Positions 33,355 through 44,156 of a stretch of 64,000 bases of DNA are shown in pieces. The DNA lies in assembly GCA_024704765.1 (NCBI GenBank), contig JAKMXF010000210.1:124001-188000 (forward strand). The letters run 5' to 3'. Each line of letters starts with the position of its first letter. Positions within the stretch are counted from its first letter, which is position 1. Source of the stretch: Oopsacas minuta (Eukaryota; Animalia; Porifera). The notes beneath the pieces are model-generated. The model worked only from the letters and a program-made list of their open reading frames with translations, did no database searches and was not told the DNA's origin. The position numbers were made by a program, and so were the translations under genes.

Positions 33355-34095
33355 ATGAAATCTATGTCAGTGCTTTTGAAGGCATACCTCATCTTCTTCA
33401 ACATATTCCTATGCATTGTATCCATAGCTCTTCTAGCTGGAATTGCTTACTACTTCTACGCAGCAGACCAGTACAAAGGAGTAGCCGATGATAGAGATGT
33501 TCTTGTCTATACTGTAGTCCCATTAGTTATACTTATTGTCGTAGCAATAATGCTATTCCTGTTATCTATACTAGGAATTATATCCGCTTGCCTTGATGTA
33601 AAACCTCTATTACTTCTGTATGGCGTTCTCCTTGCTTGTGTAGTTTTGGCACAGGTCATAGGTGGAGGACTTGTGATCGGTTTCAAAGACACTGTGCTGA
33701 AAGAGTTAAGTAATGGGTTTATCGAGAACATACCGACATACAGTTCTAGCGATGCATTCCGTGAATCAGTTGATTATATCCAAACACAACTACAGTGCTG
33801 TGGAGTTAATTCTTATACTGATTGGGTAAAGAATGGAGTATTGGTGATACCTCAATCTTGCTGTAAGAGTAATTCAGGCTGTGTTCCCGTCCTACCTTTT
33901 ATCTACACTGAAGGATGTATTGACAAGATATCTGGTGTGCTAACAAAGTCTGCAGCTATTACTATTAGTGTGGCTATTGTATTAGCTCTTATACAGTTAT
34001 CTGGTGTTGTAGTAGCATTCATTATATGTGGTAACAAGAAGAGACAATATGGCAGTGTGATTCAGTATGTGAGGATTGCACCTCTCCCTAAGTAG
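33355..34095 (+). CDS. Tetraspanin paralog C
   Basis: 4 TM segments, CCG, DW, SCC; tail YVRI (YxxPhi-type). Confidence 0.92.
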   Translation: MKSMSVLLKAYLIFFNIFLCIVSIALLAGIAYYFYAADQYKGVADDRDVLVYTVVPLVILIVVAIMLFLLSILGIISACLDVKPLLLLYGVLLACVVLAQVIGGGLVIGFKDTVLKELSNGFIENIPTYSSSDAFRESVDYIQTQLQCCGVNSYTDWVKNGVLVIPQSCCKSNSGCVPVLPFIYTEGCIDKISGVLTKSAAITISVAIVLALIQLSGVVVAFIICGNKKRQYGSVIQYVRIAPLPK

Positions 34096-34711
34096 TATTT
34101 CGTTTGGTTATCTATTATATTATTTGCTCCTTTTAGCTGTGTGAAGATATTTTATTGTTTTGCTTTTCCTTTAGAGTTTTTGAATTTTGTTTTATCGATT
34201 CTTTTGATTGTTCTTTGGATTGCCTAATCAGCTGTTATATATTTAGAGTTGTAATAACTAACCTGCTTTGTTTGCTTTCTTACGTTTACAAAGGCATTTT
34301 CCTTGTATCCCTGGTGCGTGCTATAATACTTATATTTCCTAAATTTTACATTTTAAATTCTGTATAATTTGATACACCCTCACTGTATTAGGCATGCTTA
34401 TATGTCCAGAGTTGATTAGAAAAACATGGGTGGTAGACACCGAGGTAGAAAACTAGAGCGAGACATCGCGGTACCCACACAAAAGATATGTGTGGCTACC
34501 AAAGAAGTGGGACAATTACAGTTTTTGGCAAGTTTTGGCGGGACACTAGCCTCATTGGCTCTCAATACATGTCCGAAAAAACAGGACAGTTGTCAAGTAT
34601 GGAAATGCAGACAAAACGACGATGCCTTTGTATTTCTATGAACGAGGATCTACAAACTACTTTAATTTATTCCCTGTTTTTTGAATTATCTATTAATTAT
34701 AATTAGCTCAG

Positions 34712-36751
34712 ATGAAATACTTCTTCGTGAATAAAATGGGATTGGCTATTATTATTATTATTACAACAGTGATAATATTCATTTTTACATATTTTCAATC
34801 AAATTTAAACACATATACAGTTAACAATTTGAGTAGAAATAACATTATAACCAGAAATGAAATTATTAACAAAAGCATGTTCTACGAAGAAGAGAGAGAC
34901 GAGGAAATAGTTACCATATTCACAACTTTTGTGGATTCTACTGATCTTCACAATTCTCAATACAGGTCTTTGGTTCAATTAAATTTTTTAAGAATGACAA
35001 ATTATGAATGTTTTCAAGATAAAATTAATTTTATTGTCTTTACTCAATCGAAAGACACTAAATTATTTATAGAAAAAGAGTATCCTCACATTTTGGTGTT
35101 ATATACCCCTCTCAGAGGTAACTTTACTTCGCCAATGTTAAAAGACTTATTTCGCATGTCATTAATTGCAAAACGATCATTTTTCTTCATGTTTGCAAAT
35201 GCAGATAATCTGTATGACTCTTCTCTTATTAAGACATTATCAGCTGTTAGAAGAGCTTGGTTATCTGGACAAATAAGACAAAAACTTATCATATACGGAC
35301 AGAGGAATAATATTGTAATTAATAACGGAATCTTTCATGAAGATCAGTTTTTGGAATATTTTCAAAAATCAATTTCATTTAGTGAAGCTGCACAGGATTA
35401 TTTCATTGTAACTAGAGACAGCATTGAATGGGAATTATACCCTGAGGTTATTGTTGGTAGGAGGGCATTTGATAATATGTTAGTTGATTTTGGTGTTCGT
35501 AGCGAGTTAGAGAGCATAGATGCGAGTATTTCTATTCGTCTCTTGCATCAAACTGAGAAAAATACTAATTACTCAAGTTTAGATAAGAAAAACATCATTG
35601 AAAACAGATGGAATTTAAGATTATCAGCTTTACAAGGAGAACACTATTCAACTACATGTGCTAGATATACAACTGAATATAATGGGTTACATAATGACGT
35701 CATTATTAATGACAAGAAATCTGGTTCTATATTAACGAGTAATACTTTGCCCCTACATCAGTTTAATAAGGAACATGACTACTGGATAAACCATCTATCA
35801 CAAGAATCAGGAAATATTATAATTACACAATCTCCTCCAATCCTCTATATAATAATACTGACATATAATAAACCAGATTCCCTAGATAGACTATTGAATT
35901 CTCTGTTACATATAGACAATACAAATCTTAGAATAGATATAATTATTTCAATAGACAGAGGTAATACTGGGTATTATGACGTACCTACATTAGCTATATC
36001 TAACCGGTATATATGGGGATTTGGTAAGAAAAGAGTTGTGCTTAAACAAACACACACTGGACAATTATATCAATGGTTAGAAGCAATTGATTTTGTTAAT
36101 GATAACCAATCTTTTGTGTTAATATTAGAAGATAGTGTTGTGTTAGCTCGTAATTGGTTTAATTACGTTATGAGTGTATTGAGACATAGAAAAGTAGAAT
36201 CGTTGTATGATAGAGTAGCAGGTTGGACACTAGAAACTCCTTTGGTAAGAAAATCTACTGCTGACTCAATTCTAACATTTTATAAGTTTATCGCTCAGGT
36301 GACTTCTATTGCTCTAGCAGAGATGAAGCGTGTGAGGAGTTTTATTCTTATACGTAGTGTTTGGAAATTGTTTTTAGATTGGTTTAAAAGTGAATCAAGG
36401 AATGTATCAAAACATGAATTATCCAAAACATTTGTGAGTAGATTAGAAAATCGTGGGAGTTACACGAATTGGGAGAGTGGGTTGTGGATCACCTGGTATA
36501 GCTATTGGATATCTGAGAACTTTCTTAGACTTAATCGATTTGCTTATATTATTAATAAATCAGGGAATTTGTGTGTTGAGCTCTATACAACTTTTGTGAA
36601 AGATTGGGATAAGAGAAATGAGAATTGTTACGGAAATCAAGTGTTGAGGAATGTAGTAATAGTTCCATCCTCACTTCAAATAGAGGATCATACAATAATG
36701 ATACCAGATAGGGTGCCTACATATAAGATTGATGTCGCAAGGCATAATTAA
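34712..36751 (+). CDS. Type II membrane protein with two GT-A-like glycosyltransferase domains
   Basis: N-terminal TM anchor; domain 1 FANADNL..AAQDYF..VGRRAFDNMLV..IDAS..LLHQT; domain 2 LTYNKPDSLDRLLNSL..IISID..QWLE..ILEDS. Confidence 0.65.
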   Translation: MKYFFVNKMGLAIIIIITTVIIFIFTYFQSNLNTYTVNNLSRNNIITRNEIINKSMFYEEERDEEIVTIFTTFVDSTDLHNSQYRSLVQLNFLRMTNYECFQDKINFIVFTQSKDTKLFIEKEYPHILVLYTPLRGNFTSPMLKDLFRMSLIAKRSFFFMFANADNLYDSSLIKTLSAVRRAWLSGQIRQKLIIYGQRNNIVINNGIFHEDQFLEYFQKSISFSEAAQDYFIVTRDSIEWELYPEVIVGRRAFDNMLVDFGVRSELESIDASISIRLLHQTEKNTNYSSLDKKNIIENRWNLRLSALQGEHYSTTCARYTTEYNGLHNDVIINDKKSGSILTSNTLPLHQFNKEHDYWINHLSQESGNIIITQSPPILYIIILTYNKPDSLDRLLNSLLHIDNTNLRIDIIISIDRGNTGYYDVPTLAISNRYIWGFGKKRVVLKQTHTGQLYQWLEAIDFVNDNQSFVLILEDSVVLARNWFNYVMSVLRHRKVESLYDRVAGWTLETPLVRKSTADSILTFYKFIAQVTSIALAEMKRVRSFILIRSVWKLFLDWFKSESRNVSKHELSKTFVSRLENRGSYTNWESGLWITWYSYWISENFLRLNRFAYIINKSGNLCVELYTTFVKDWDKRNENCYGNQVLRNVVIVPSSLQIEDHTIMIPDRVPTYKIDVARHN

Positions 36752-36980
36752 TATCTGCAGGTGTATTATTTGTATATATTTGTGTATATTCTCATAGATA
36801 TTTGTTTGTTTTAAAAGTAATGTATTTCCTTTTATTTTAGATGAATTTGAATAATCAATCAATTCCCTTTTGTTAATATTATGCAAAAATCATTTTTATT
36901 TTCCCTTATGAGTTATCAATATCAGCGGTAGATTATTTATCCTAAGTATATAGCAAAAGATATATCTGAAGTTATTTCTC

Positions 36981-39639
36981 ATGAGTGGAGAGGTTACATC
37001 GATTCTGGTTGCTCATCAGACATCTCATCCATTCAATGATCGTGAGTGTATAGTATCTGGTAAAGATAATAAACTAAAGTTAGGGAGAGCTGTAGCTAAG
37101 CTGAAGCAAGCAACTGATAACTTTATTTTTGAGTGTAAAGTACTTTCTCGTAATCATGCACTAATCTGGCGTGAGGGAGATAAGTTCTACTTACAAGATA
37201 CTAAGAGTAGTAACGGTACTTATGTTAATAATGAGAGACTATCTGCTTGTAATGAAGAGTCAGAACCTAGAGAAGTATTCTCAGGTATATCTTCTTTTAT
37301 TTGATTTCTCTCATATTACAATTTTAATTGGTTTTCAGCTATTTTCTATTTGTTTCCAATTTGAATTCTAACCAGTTAATTAAGGGAAGCACTATTTCCC
37401 TTGATAGATCGCTTCACGAGGTACATATTTTTTTGGTATGATATTTTCCATTTAAACTCTCCACTTATTTATGCATGTACATCTAAGATTCAATAAATAA
37501 AACACAAACTATTTACATGAATAGATTTATGCACAATAAGGTCTTCTCAGAATATTCACAGCATTTAATATGTGTATAAATTTATCAATTGAACAATTGA
37601 GTTAGAAAATGGACGCAGGTTACTCTAGTCTTATAATTTTTTGGAGTGTTATTGGGTTAATTACCTGTTTTTGTATTTGTACAAGCATTGTCCTAACTAT
37701 TATTTGCTCGTTGGATATCTTAAAACAAACTAATGATCCAGATTTTCAATCAAGTCATGCTACGTTTCAAATCAGTTCAGATTCCTCGCTTATAGGTGGA
37801 CACACACCTCCTCCTAAATATACTACCTGTGGTCATCTCGATTACATACCTCCTCCAACTTACTCTGCTATCGATCCTGACAAATATACTAATATCTAGA
37901 TTTGTATACATTTATGTATATTTTTCTACTACATTTATTATATGAATTGAGTTCATTAATTAGTTACTGTTCTATGTTCTAACCATTGTTGAAGCTATAA
38001 TGTTAAATCTCTATGAATCCGAAATCGCGAAATTTCTCACCTGCATGTGTAAACTGTATCCAATGCATTTTTAGCTTTTGAGCAAATAACAAACTTCGAT
38101 ATTAGCGGATTTTAAGAAATTCGTATTAATATAAGAGAATTGTAGTTATGTGCCAGGGTTCGTTTCGGAATTTAGACTTTGATGTGTGTAGATGAAAATT
38201 GATCACTTATTTGCTTCTCAGGTGATATTCTACAGTTTGGAGTAGACGTTACTGACAACCAGAAGAAGGTTACTCATGGTTGCATAATTGCAACACTACA
38301 CTTGGTGAAGGATGGAATGGAGATGGGAAGACCTGTATCCACTATAGATAGAACAGCTGCTGGTAGAATGGGAGATGGAGTATCCTCTAAGGACTGTAAG
38401 GAACTTCTAAAGATACTCTCACATGCAATACATAAAGAACAAGATGTGGAATCAAAGTTACATAACATTGACAGAGTAAGTAGGAATAACTTTATTTGTC
38501 TAATGTAGAAATTTGCATTTTGTCTATTTATAGGTTTTGGGTCAAGCTCAAGGTATTGTTGGTGAGAATATGAAAGCACGAATCCTTGAAGATCGGTTAA
38601 TCTCTCGCATTGAAGCTATGGAACAACAAATCAAAATGTATGCACAAGATTACTCACAAACAGATCTAAAAACACAACTAGCTGAATCTTACAGGTCTAA
38701 GTACGATCTAGAGTGTTTCACTAAAGACAGGCTACAAGACTATCACAGACAGCTAGTGGAAGGTTCAGACAAGTTGCAAGATGCTACTAGAGATTTAAAC
38801 AAACTCCAGGATGAGTATAATAACGTTCGAACTGTTTATGATAAACTACTGGTTGAATATGACGTAATGAGGGGTACTAATCGTAAGCAGCAGATAGAGA
38901 TTAAGGAATTCCAAGAAAGGTAACTCTCCATTTAGGTTTTCAAATGTTCTCAATTGTATTTAGATATTTCTTATTTAGACTTGATCAGTTGGAATCTGAT
39001 AGAGAGCAGTTGAACTTAAGATATCAAGAAGATTGTCAGGAGCTCCGTAGCAACTTGAGGCAAGTTGAGGAAGAGAGAGAATCTACGAGAGAGGAAGGAA
39101 ATACAGTAATGAAAACGAATGCTAATTTAGAAATAGAATTAGAAGACAAGACAGAATTGATAAAACAACAATATCAAGACCTGGAAGACAAGACAAGCCA
39201 GTTAAATATTAGAAATCAAGAATGGACTATCTTAACCAAATCGTGTTCAGATCAGGAAGAGCAATTAGAAGAAATCCTTGTTCGTCATTCTCAATGTATC
39301 TCACAACTAGCTATAGCTAATGCTGTAATATTGAATAGTAACGAAAATGAATCAGTCACTGATAATGAAATAATAATATCATCACCTCAAACTGTTGATA
39401 ATATTCTTGTTGAAGAAGATGATGCAGTTAATGTATTGAGACAACGTCTAGAGAATGTACAGAGTCAATTGGTTGCTACTGAAAGGAATTATGACAGTCT
39501 TGTACAGAACCTACAAGTCGCAAATAGTGTACGTGCACGTAGAGAAAGGACCTATCAGAAACAACAGATTGGTATGCTAGCACTAGCTATTTGTCTGCTA
39601 GTTGTTATCATATCTTATCTATTCGGAGTCGTGTTCTAA
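36981..39639 (+). CDS. SLMAP: Sarcolemmal membrane-associated protein; exons 36981-37284, 38222-38475, 38534-38919, 38979-39639
   Basis: FHA domain SHPF..R..KLGR..FECKVLSRNHA..FYLQDTKSSNGT|GDILQFGVDVT..VTHGCI; coiled coil; C-terminal TM tail. Confidence 0.93.
37609..37899 (+). CDS. 96-aa single-pass membrane protein with two PPxY motifs, nested same-strand in SLMAP intron 1
   Basis: N-terminal Cys-rich TM segment; PPPKY and PPPTY; not in phase with SLMAP exon 1. Confidence 0.7.
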   Translation: MDAGYSSLIIFWSVIGLITCFCICTSIVLTIICSLDILKQTNDPDFQSSHATFQISSDSSLIGGHTPPPKYTTCGHLDYIPPPTYSAIDPDKYTNI

Positions 39640-39800
39640 GAATTCTTATCTGACATGCTAAAATGCATTAGTTATACTGTTTGTACTAATATTGTATAAT
39701 GAGTATTATTGGGAATGCAATTTATTTACTTATCTACTTTCTTGGCTGCCAATTGACCAATTAGTTATGTACAACAATATTATTTACTGTGTAGATTCAT

Positions 39801-40781
39801 ATGTTAGGCTCCATCCTCAATTTGCCTAGAAATGCTAAAGTTTTGAGATCTCTATCATTTGACCCGTTTTACAATCTCGCATTAGAAGATTGGCTCTTTC
39901 AGAATATTGACTTTACGAATAACCCTCTTGTCTTGTTTTCGCAGAATTCACCTTCTGTCATTTTAGGCAGTTTTCAAAATCCTTGGAAAGAAGCAAATAT
40001 AAAATACCTGAAAAGAAATGGTATAAAACTTGCTAGAAGAAGTTCAGGTGGTGGTACTGTGTATCATGACTTAGGTAACTGTAATGTCTCTATTCTAACT
40101 ACCAAATGGGAGTATGATAGGAAAGGAAATTTGGAAAAAATATGCAAAGTATTGAGAGATAATTTTTTTATCTCTTGTCAAGTTAATAAAAAGTTGGATA
40201 TAGTTTATGAAGGTTTTAAAATATCAGGTACTGCATCTCGTATTGCACGAGGTAAAGCTTATCACCATTTTACCATTCTCTTCTCTTCTGATGTATACGC
40301 TCTTACTGAATCTCTGCAATCTCCACTTCAGGATATTATCAAGACAAATGCTACTCCAAGTGTCCCATCACCTGTCATTAACCTTTCAAGTGTGAATGAA
40401 CACTTGAATGCTGATAGTTTCTATTCAGTTTATTCTGATGCAGTACTTAGGGAGTGTAGAGATGCTTGTTGTTATGAGATACCAGCTGATATGCATGAGA
40501 TCGTTATTCACAGTCATAAATTAAGTTCTTGGGATCGTGTGTACCGAGATACACCCAAGTTTCGCATTTCCATCAATCCTAACATAGAGCTTGTCATAGA
40601 GAAAGGTAGAGTTACAACTTTAGAGGGTAACGCTTCTCATATTTTAGAACCCCTCTTGAAGACTAGACTCTGCTATCAGGAGTTTGTGCCAAAATATGAA
40701 GAAATTGTTGAAAACTTTAGTGAGTGTTATTCTGAGAATAATACTTTAGGATTCAATACTTTAATACAAAATTTACCGTAA
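39801..40781 (+). CDS. LIPT1: Mitochondrial lipoyltransferase 1
   Basis: DPFYNLALEDW, NSPSVILG..QNPWKE, RRSSGGGTVYHDLGN, KISGTA, HHFTIL, ATPSVPSPV.NL. Confidence 0.92.
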   Translation: MLGSILNLPRNAKVLRSLSFDPFYNLALEDWLFQNIDFTNNPLVLFSQNSPSVILGSFQNPWKEANIKYLKRNGIKLARRSSGGGTVYHDLGNCNVSILTTKWEYDRKGNLEKICKVLRDNFFISCQVNKKLDIVYEGFKISGTASRIARGKAYHHFTILFSSDVYALTESLQSPLQDIIKTNATPSVPSPVINLSSVNEHLNADSFYSVYSDAVLRECRDACCYEIPADMHEIVIHSHKLSSWDRVYRDTPKFRISINPNIELVIEKGRVTTLEGNASHILEPLLKTRLCYQEFVPKYEEIVENFSECYSENNTLGFNTLIQNLP

Positions 40782-41430
40782 ATTCCTTCATTTTATCCTA
40801 TCCACGTTAAATTCACAGCTATTGATTGTTAAGAATATTTTAAATAGATTCTGACAAGATGTATACTAAAATATATCTTGTCCGATCCTATTTAAGAAGT
40901 TTTTTCAAAGAACCGATTGACTTATGTATTGTCATGATTAGTTGGACAGGGGAGTAAATCATTAAATTACTTCTGACTTTTGGAGTTGATAGAGTTACAT
41001 ATGAGTGGGTGTCTCCTCCAGTTTAGGGAGATCCTGTTGGTATAGGTGAGTGGCTTGTTGATGAATAGGTTTGTTCATGTTTCAAATTTCATACGTTACG
41101 AAGTGGCTAAAATTTTGTGCAACATTCTAAATTTTATTATATTTTAAACAGAAAAATAAATAATCTTATTAATAGTGTAGTTTGAGAATACAAATGAATT
41201 TAGCTAATCAATATGCTATATAGTTAATTCAATTATAAATTGATTATTTCGTGTGTATCTTCTTGCTATTGGGGATTCTCTATTCCATCTTGTATGCAAT
41301 GGAATAGATAAAATACGTTAATCTTTCGTAATAATTTTCTAATAATTCGTTGGTTTAATATTAACAAAATCGATGCGTATACGTATTTTGATGAACTGTC
41401 CTTCTTAAACTTAGTTTTTTAGTATCTTAA

Positions 41431-42555
41431 ATGTCAGACGGTTATTTCCTCTCTCAACAACAGCTGAAAAGGCTAGGAAACTACAACTACAAATCAGTTG
41501 GTTCTACACTATTAGACTATGTATTGCAACCATTCTGGAATTGGCTAGTCAGACAAATGCCAATGTGGCTAGCTCCAAATCTCATAACCTTTATCGGGCT
41601 AGTTATCAATATAGCTACAGGAATTATTTTGATGACACAAAATCCAGATTTACATTCTGACGCTCCTCGCTGGTCTTACGTCCTGTTTGCTATTGGTCTA
41701 TTTGTTTACACAAATTTAGATGCAATTGACGGTAAACAAGCTCGTCGCACAGGTTCTGCAAGCCCTCTCGGTGAACTTTTCGATCACGGTTGTGATTCTG
41801 TATCCTGTATATTTCTGGTACTTGCTACCTTATCAGCTTTTCAGTTTGGAGGATATCAATGGTTTACATTCTGGCATATCTTTACTGTAACATTACTATT
41901 CTATTCTTATCAATGGCGTACTTACGTTAACGGTACACTAACCTTCAATCTCTTTGATGTGACTGAGGCCCAGTATTTTGTAATAGGTACATGTATATTA
42001 AGGGGTATCATTGGACCACGGATGTTAGATATTGAAGTTTACCCAAACTTATCATTACTAATTGTAATACATTATCTTATAACAGCTGTAGAAGTGTATA
42101 TTCTGTTAAGAACATTACTACCCATTACTCATGAAGGTGTTGGTAAGAATGGAACTACTGAAGCAGGGACATCAGTACTCAGCCCTGGGATACCAGTTAT
42201 TATTATAATAGTGTTCTCATTCCTATACGCAAGACACAGTCGTATATATCCACTTGTTAACTATCCTGCTTTGTTTGGCATAGCATTTTCACTACCAGTG
42301 TCTAAGTATAGTATTCTAGCTGTATTAGCTCATATGACTAAGTCACCTCTTCCATTGCTTGACTCTGTCATGCTGGGTCCATTGTTTGCTCTGGTTAATA
42401 TTTATTTTGGTAGCTTACTCGATGAACTTGTTGTTCTGTGGTTCTGTCTGCTATATGTGTGTCTTAACACACTGCTAGCTTCTATTCTGATTTGTTTCGA
42501 TATTTGTAACCATTTAGATATTTATTGTTTCAGAATCAAACCTGTAAAGACATAA
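41431..42555 (+). CDS. CEPT1: Choline/ethanolamine phosphotransferase (CEPT1/CHPT1 family)
   Basis: WLAPNLIT; CDP-alcohol phosphotransferase motif DAIDGKQARRTGSASPLGELFDHGCD. Confidence 0.9.
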   Translation: MSDGYFLSQQQLKRLGNYNYKSVGSTLLDYVLQPFWNWLVRQMPMWLAPNLITFIGLVINIATGIILMTQNPDLHSDAPRWSYVLFAIGLFVYTNLDAIDGKQARRTGSASPLGELFDHGCDSVSCIFLVLATLSAFQFGGYQWFTFWHIFTVTLLFYSYQWRTYVNGTLTFNLFDVTEAQYFVIGTCILRGIIGPRMLDIEVYPNLSLLIVIHYLITAVEVYILLRTLLPITHEGVGKNGTTEAGTSVLSPGIPVIIIIVFSFLYARHSRIYPLVNYPALFGIAFSLPVSKYSILAVLAHMTKSPLPLLDSVMLGPLFALVNIYFGSLLDELVVLWFCLLYVCLNTLLASILICFDICNHLDIYCFRIKPVKT

Positions 42556-42702
42556 GAAATATTCCCTCAACAATTGTAGTATTCTGAAGGCATCAGTTAT
42601 GTAGACTGACTTTTCAGTCAATTATCCGCTCTCATTATAGGTTATTGTATTTGTTTTTGATTTAGTTTCCATTTGATCATCTGTTCTTATAATTTATATA
42701 CG

Positions 42703-42839
42703 CATTGGCGCAACTAGGCTCATGAGTCAGGGTGGGCAAAGATGACGTTATGCCCACCCGCCCTATACTTTTTGTATTACGGTGGAGTCAAATCTGGGTG
42801 GGCATATGCCCACCCAAAATGGCCCTAGTTGCACCTATG
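42703..42839. mobile_element. hAT-type MITE (137 bp) with a perfect 8-bp TSD
   Basis: TATATACG|CATTGGCGCAACTAGG ... CCTAGTTGCACCTATG|TATATACG; internal GGGTGGGCA/TGCCCACCC hairpins. Confidence 0.9.
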
Positions 42840-43090
42840 TATATACGTTTACTCAGTTTGGGTATTTTTCGGGCTATTTTCTGCTAGAATAGGGAAAAAG
42901 AAAACTTCTGGAAATGAAAATTATTATAATTTAGAGAAATAGTTAGAAGAGGTTAGTAATTATGTATTATGATGGCAATATATATTTTGCTAGACATTTC
43001 ACTAAATTATTGCGCCTTATTTTAAATATTTTATTTTCAGACATTTAGTTTTAGAATTTTTAAGATATTCACAGCTGGTATATTGTGTAA

Positions 43091-43858
43091 ATGGCTACAA
43101 TTGAATTCGGGGATTTCACTTGTACTGAGTTTGGAGGCTTTACTGATCACACTTCTGCAATTCCAGCAATTGAAGCCTGCTCTATAGTTCCAGGAACAGG
43201 GTCTGTTAACAGTTTTAATAGTGCATTGTCTCTTGCGTTTAATCAAAATCCAAACAATCCCTCAATTCCAGAGAGTGTTGAGAATGAGTCAGATGGAAAA
43301 TTTGTATTTAATTCTATTTTAGAACAAGGATTCAGTCAGAATCAAATTGCTAAACTATCAGGTATGCACGTGCATCAAGGATTTATTACTCATTTATCTC
43401 TGACAGATGGACGTATGTCAGCAATGCAAAATCTATCAGTTCCTAGCTTGACGTCTCTTTCGTTTTTCCCTCAGAAAACTGACTCTTTTGAATTGGAATT
43501 ATCTGTTGCGAAAGAAGGGAGTTTAGAGATAGAAAATTCTAATTTCCTTCTGGATTTATCTCTTCCAATGAAAGGAGAAGTTAAAGGTGAAGAACCAAGT
43601 AAAGACCTATCACTAGATGAAGATTTGTTAAGTCTAAACTTTGGAGGCCTAGAGATAATGGAAGGGAGAGTTGTTAACAATTCTTCTTCCCAGGAAAGTT
43701 CATCTGTTGAGGGATCTGATAAATGTGACAACTCTTTGGAAATAGAAAAAGTTCAAATAAGTAAAGAGGCTGAAGCAATAATACAGTCTTTACCTGATTT
43801 ATCCTACCTGCTGTCTAGAGTATTGGTATTCCCTATTGATAAGAAATTGTCTGTGTAA
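43091..43858 (+). CDS. Miniature aftiphilin-like protein
   Basis: N-terminal EFGDF and EFGGF (gamma-ear-binding type); C-terminal SKEAEAIIQSLPDLSYLLSRVLVFP as in the aftiphilin C-terminus. Confidence 0.65.
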   Translation: MATIEFGDFTCTEFGGFTDHTSAIPAIEACSIVPGTGSVNSFNSALSLAFNQNPNNPSIPESVENESDGKFVFNSILEQGFSQNQIAKLSGMHVHQGFITHLSLTDGRMSAMQNLSVPSLTSLSFFPQKTDSFELELSVAKEGSLEIENSNFLLDLSLPMKGEVKGEEPSKDLSLDEDLLSLNFGGLEIMEGRVVNNSSSQESSSVEGSDKCDNSLEIEKVQISKEAEAIIQSLPDLSYLLSRVLVFPIDKKLSV

Positions 43859-44156
43859 ATATTCAGAATTGAATTTTATTGGAAAAGCAACTGCTATATG
43901 CTATATTATCTCAAGGGGTAATTATATTTGTACTAGATTATGTAGTGAAATTTTCTGCAAAGATAATATAAATTGGACAAAGTTCCACATGTCGAACGTT
44001 TACTAATTCCAGTTTTCAGGGAGAATGGGATATCCTTATCCCGGGTGGTGGGCTAGGAGAGACGAGATACTCGGTTTATATCATGTATAACAGTTTATTT
44101 CTTTACTTCATATACTTGTTATTTCAAATTATTTATTAGATTATATTTCAAAAATT

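Noticed and set aside
34400-34706. Two overlapping ORFs of about 71 aa before the glycosyltransferase
   Set aside because: No protein features; the GGGACA repeats and GTTGTCAAGTATG end look like a decayed hAT-type MITE
9170-40781. RsmH-like and LplA-like intronless genes as bacterial horizontal transfers
   Set aside because: They match the normal eukaryotic mitochondrial METTL15 and LIPT1; most genes here are intronless anyway
43985-44090. GC-rich patch with a small hairpin as an SL RNA, snRNA or other ncRNA
   Set aside because: No leader-GT-Sm arrangement or recognisable snRNA/tRNA motif; only a 21-codon ORF
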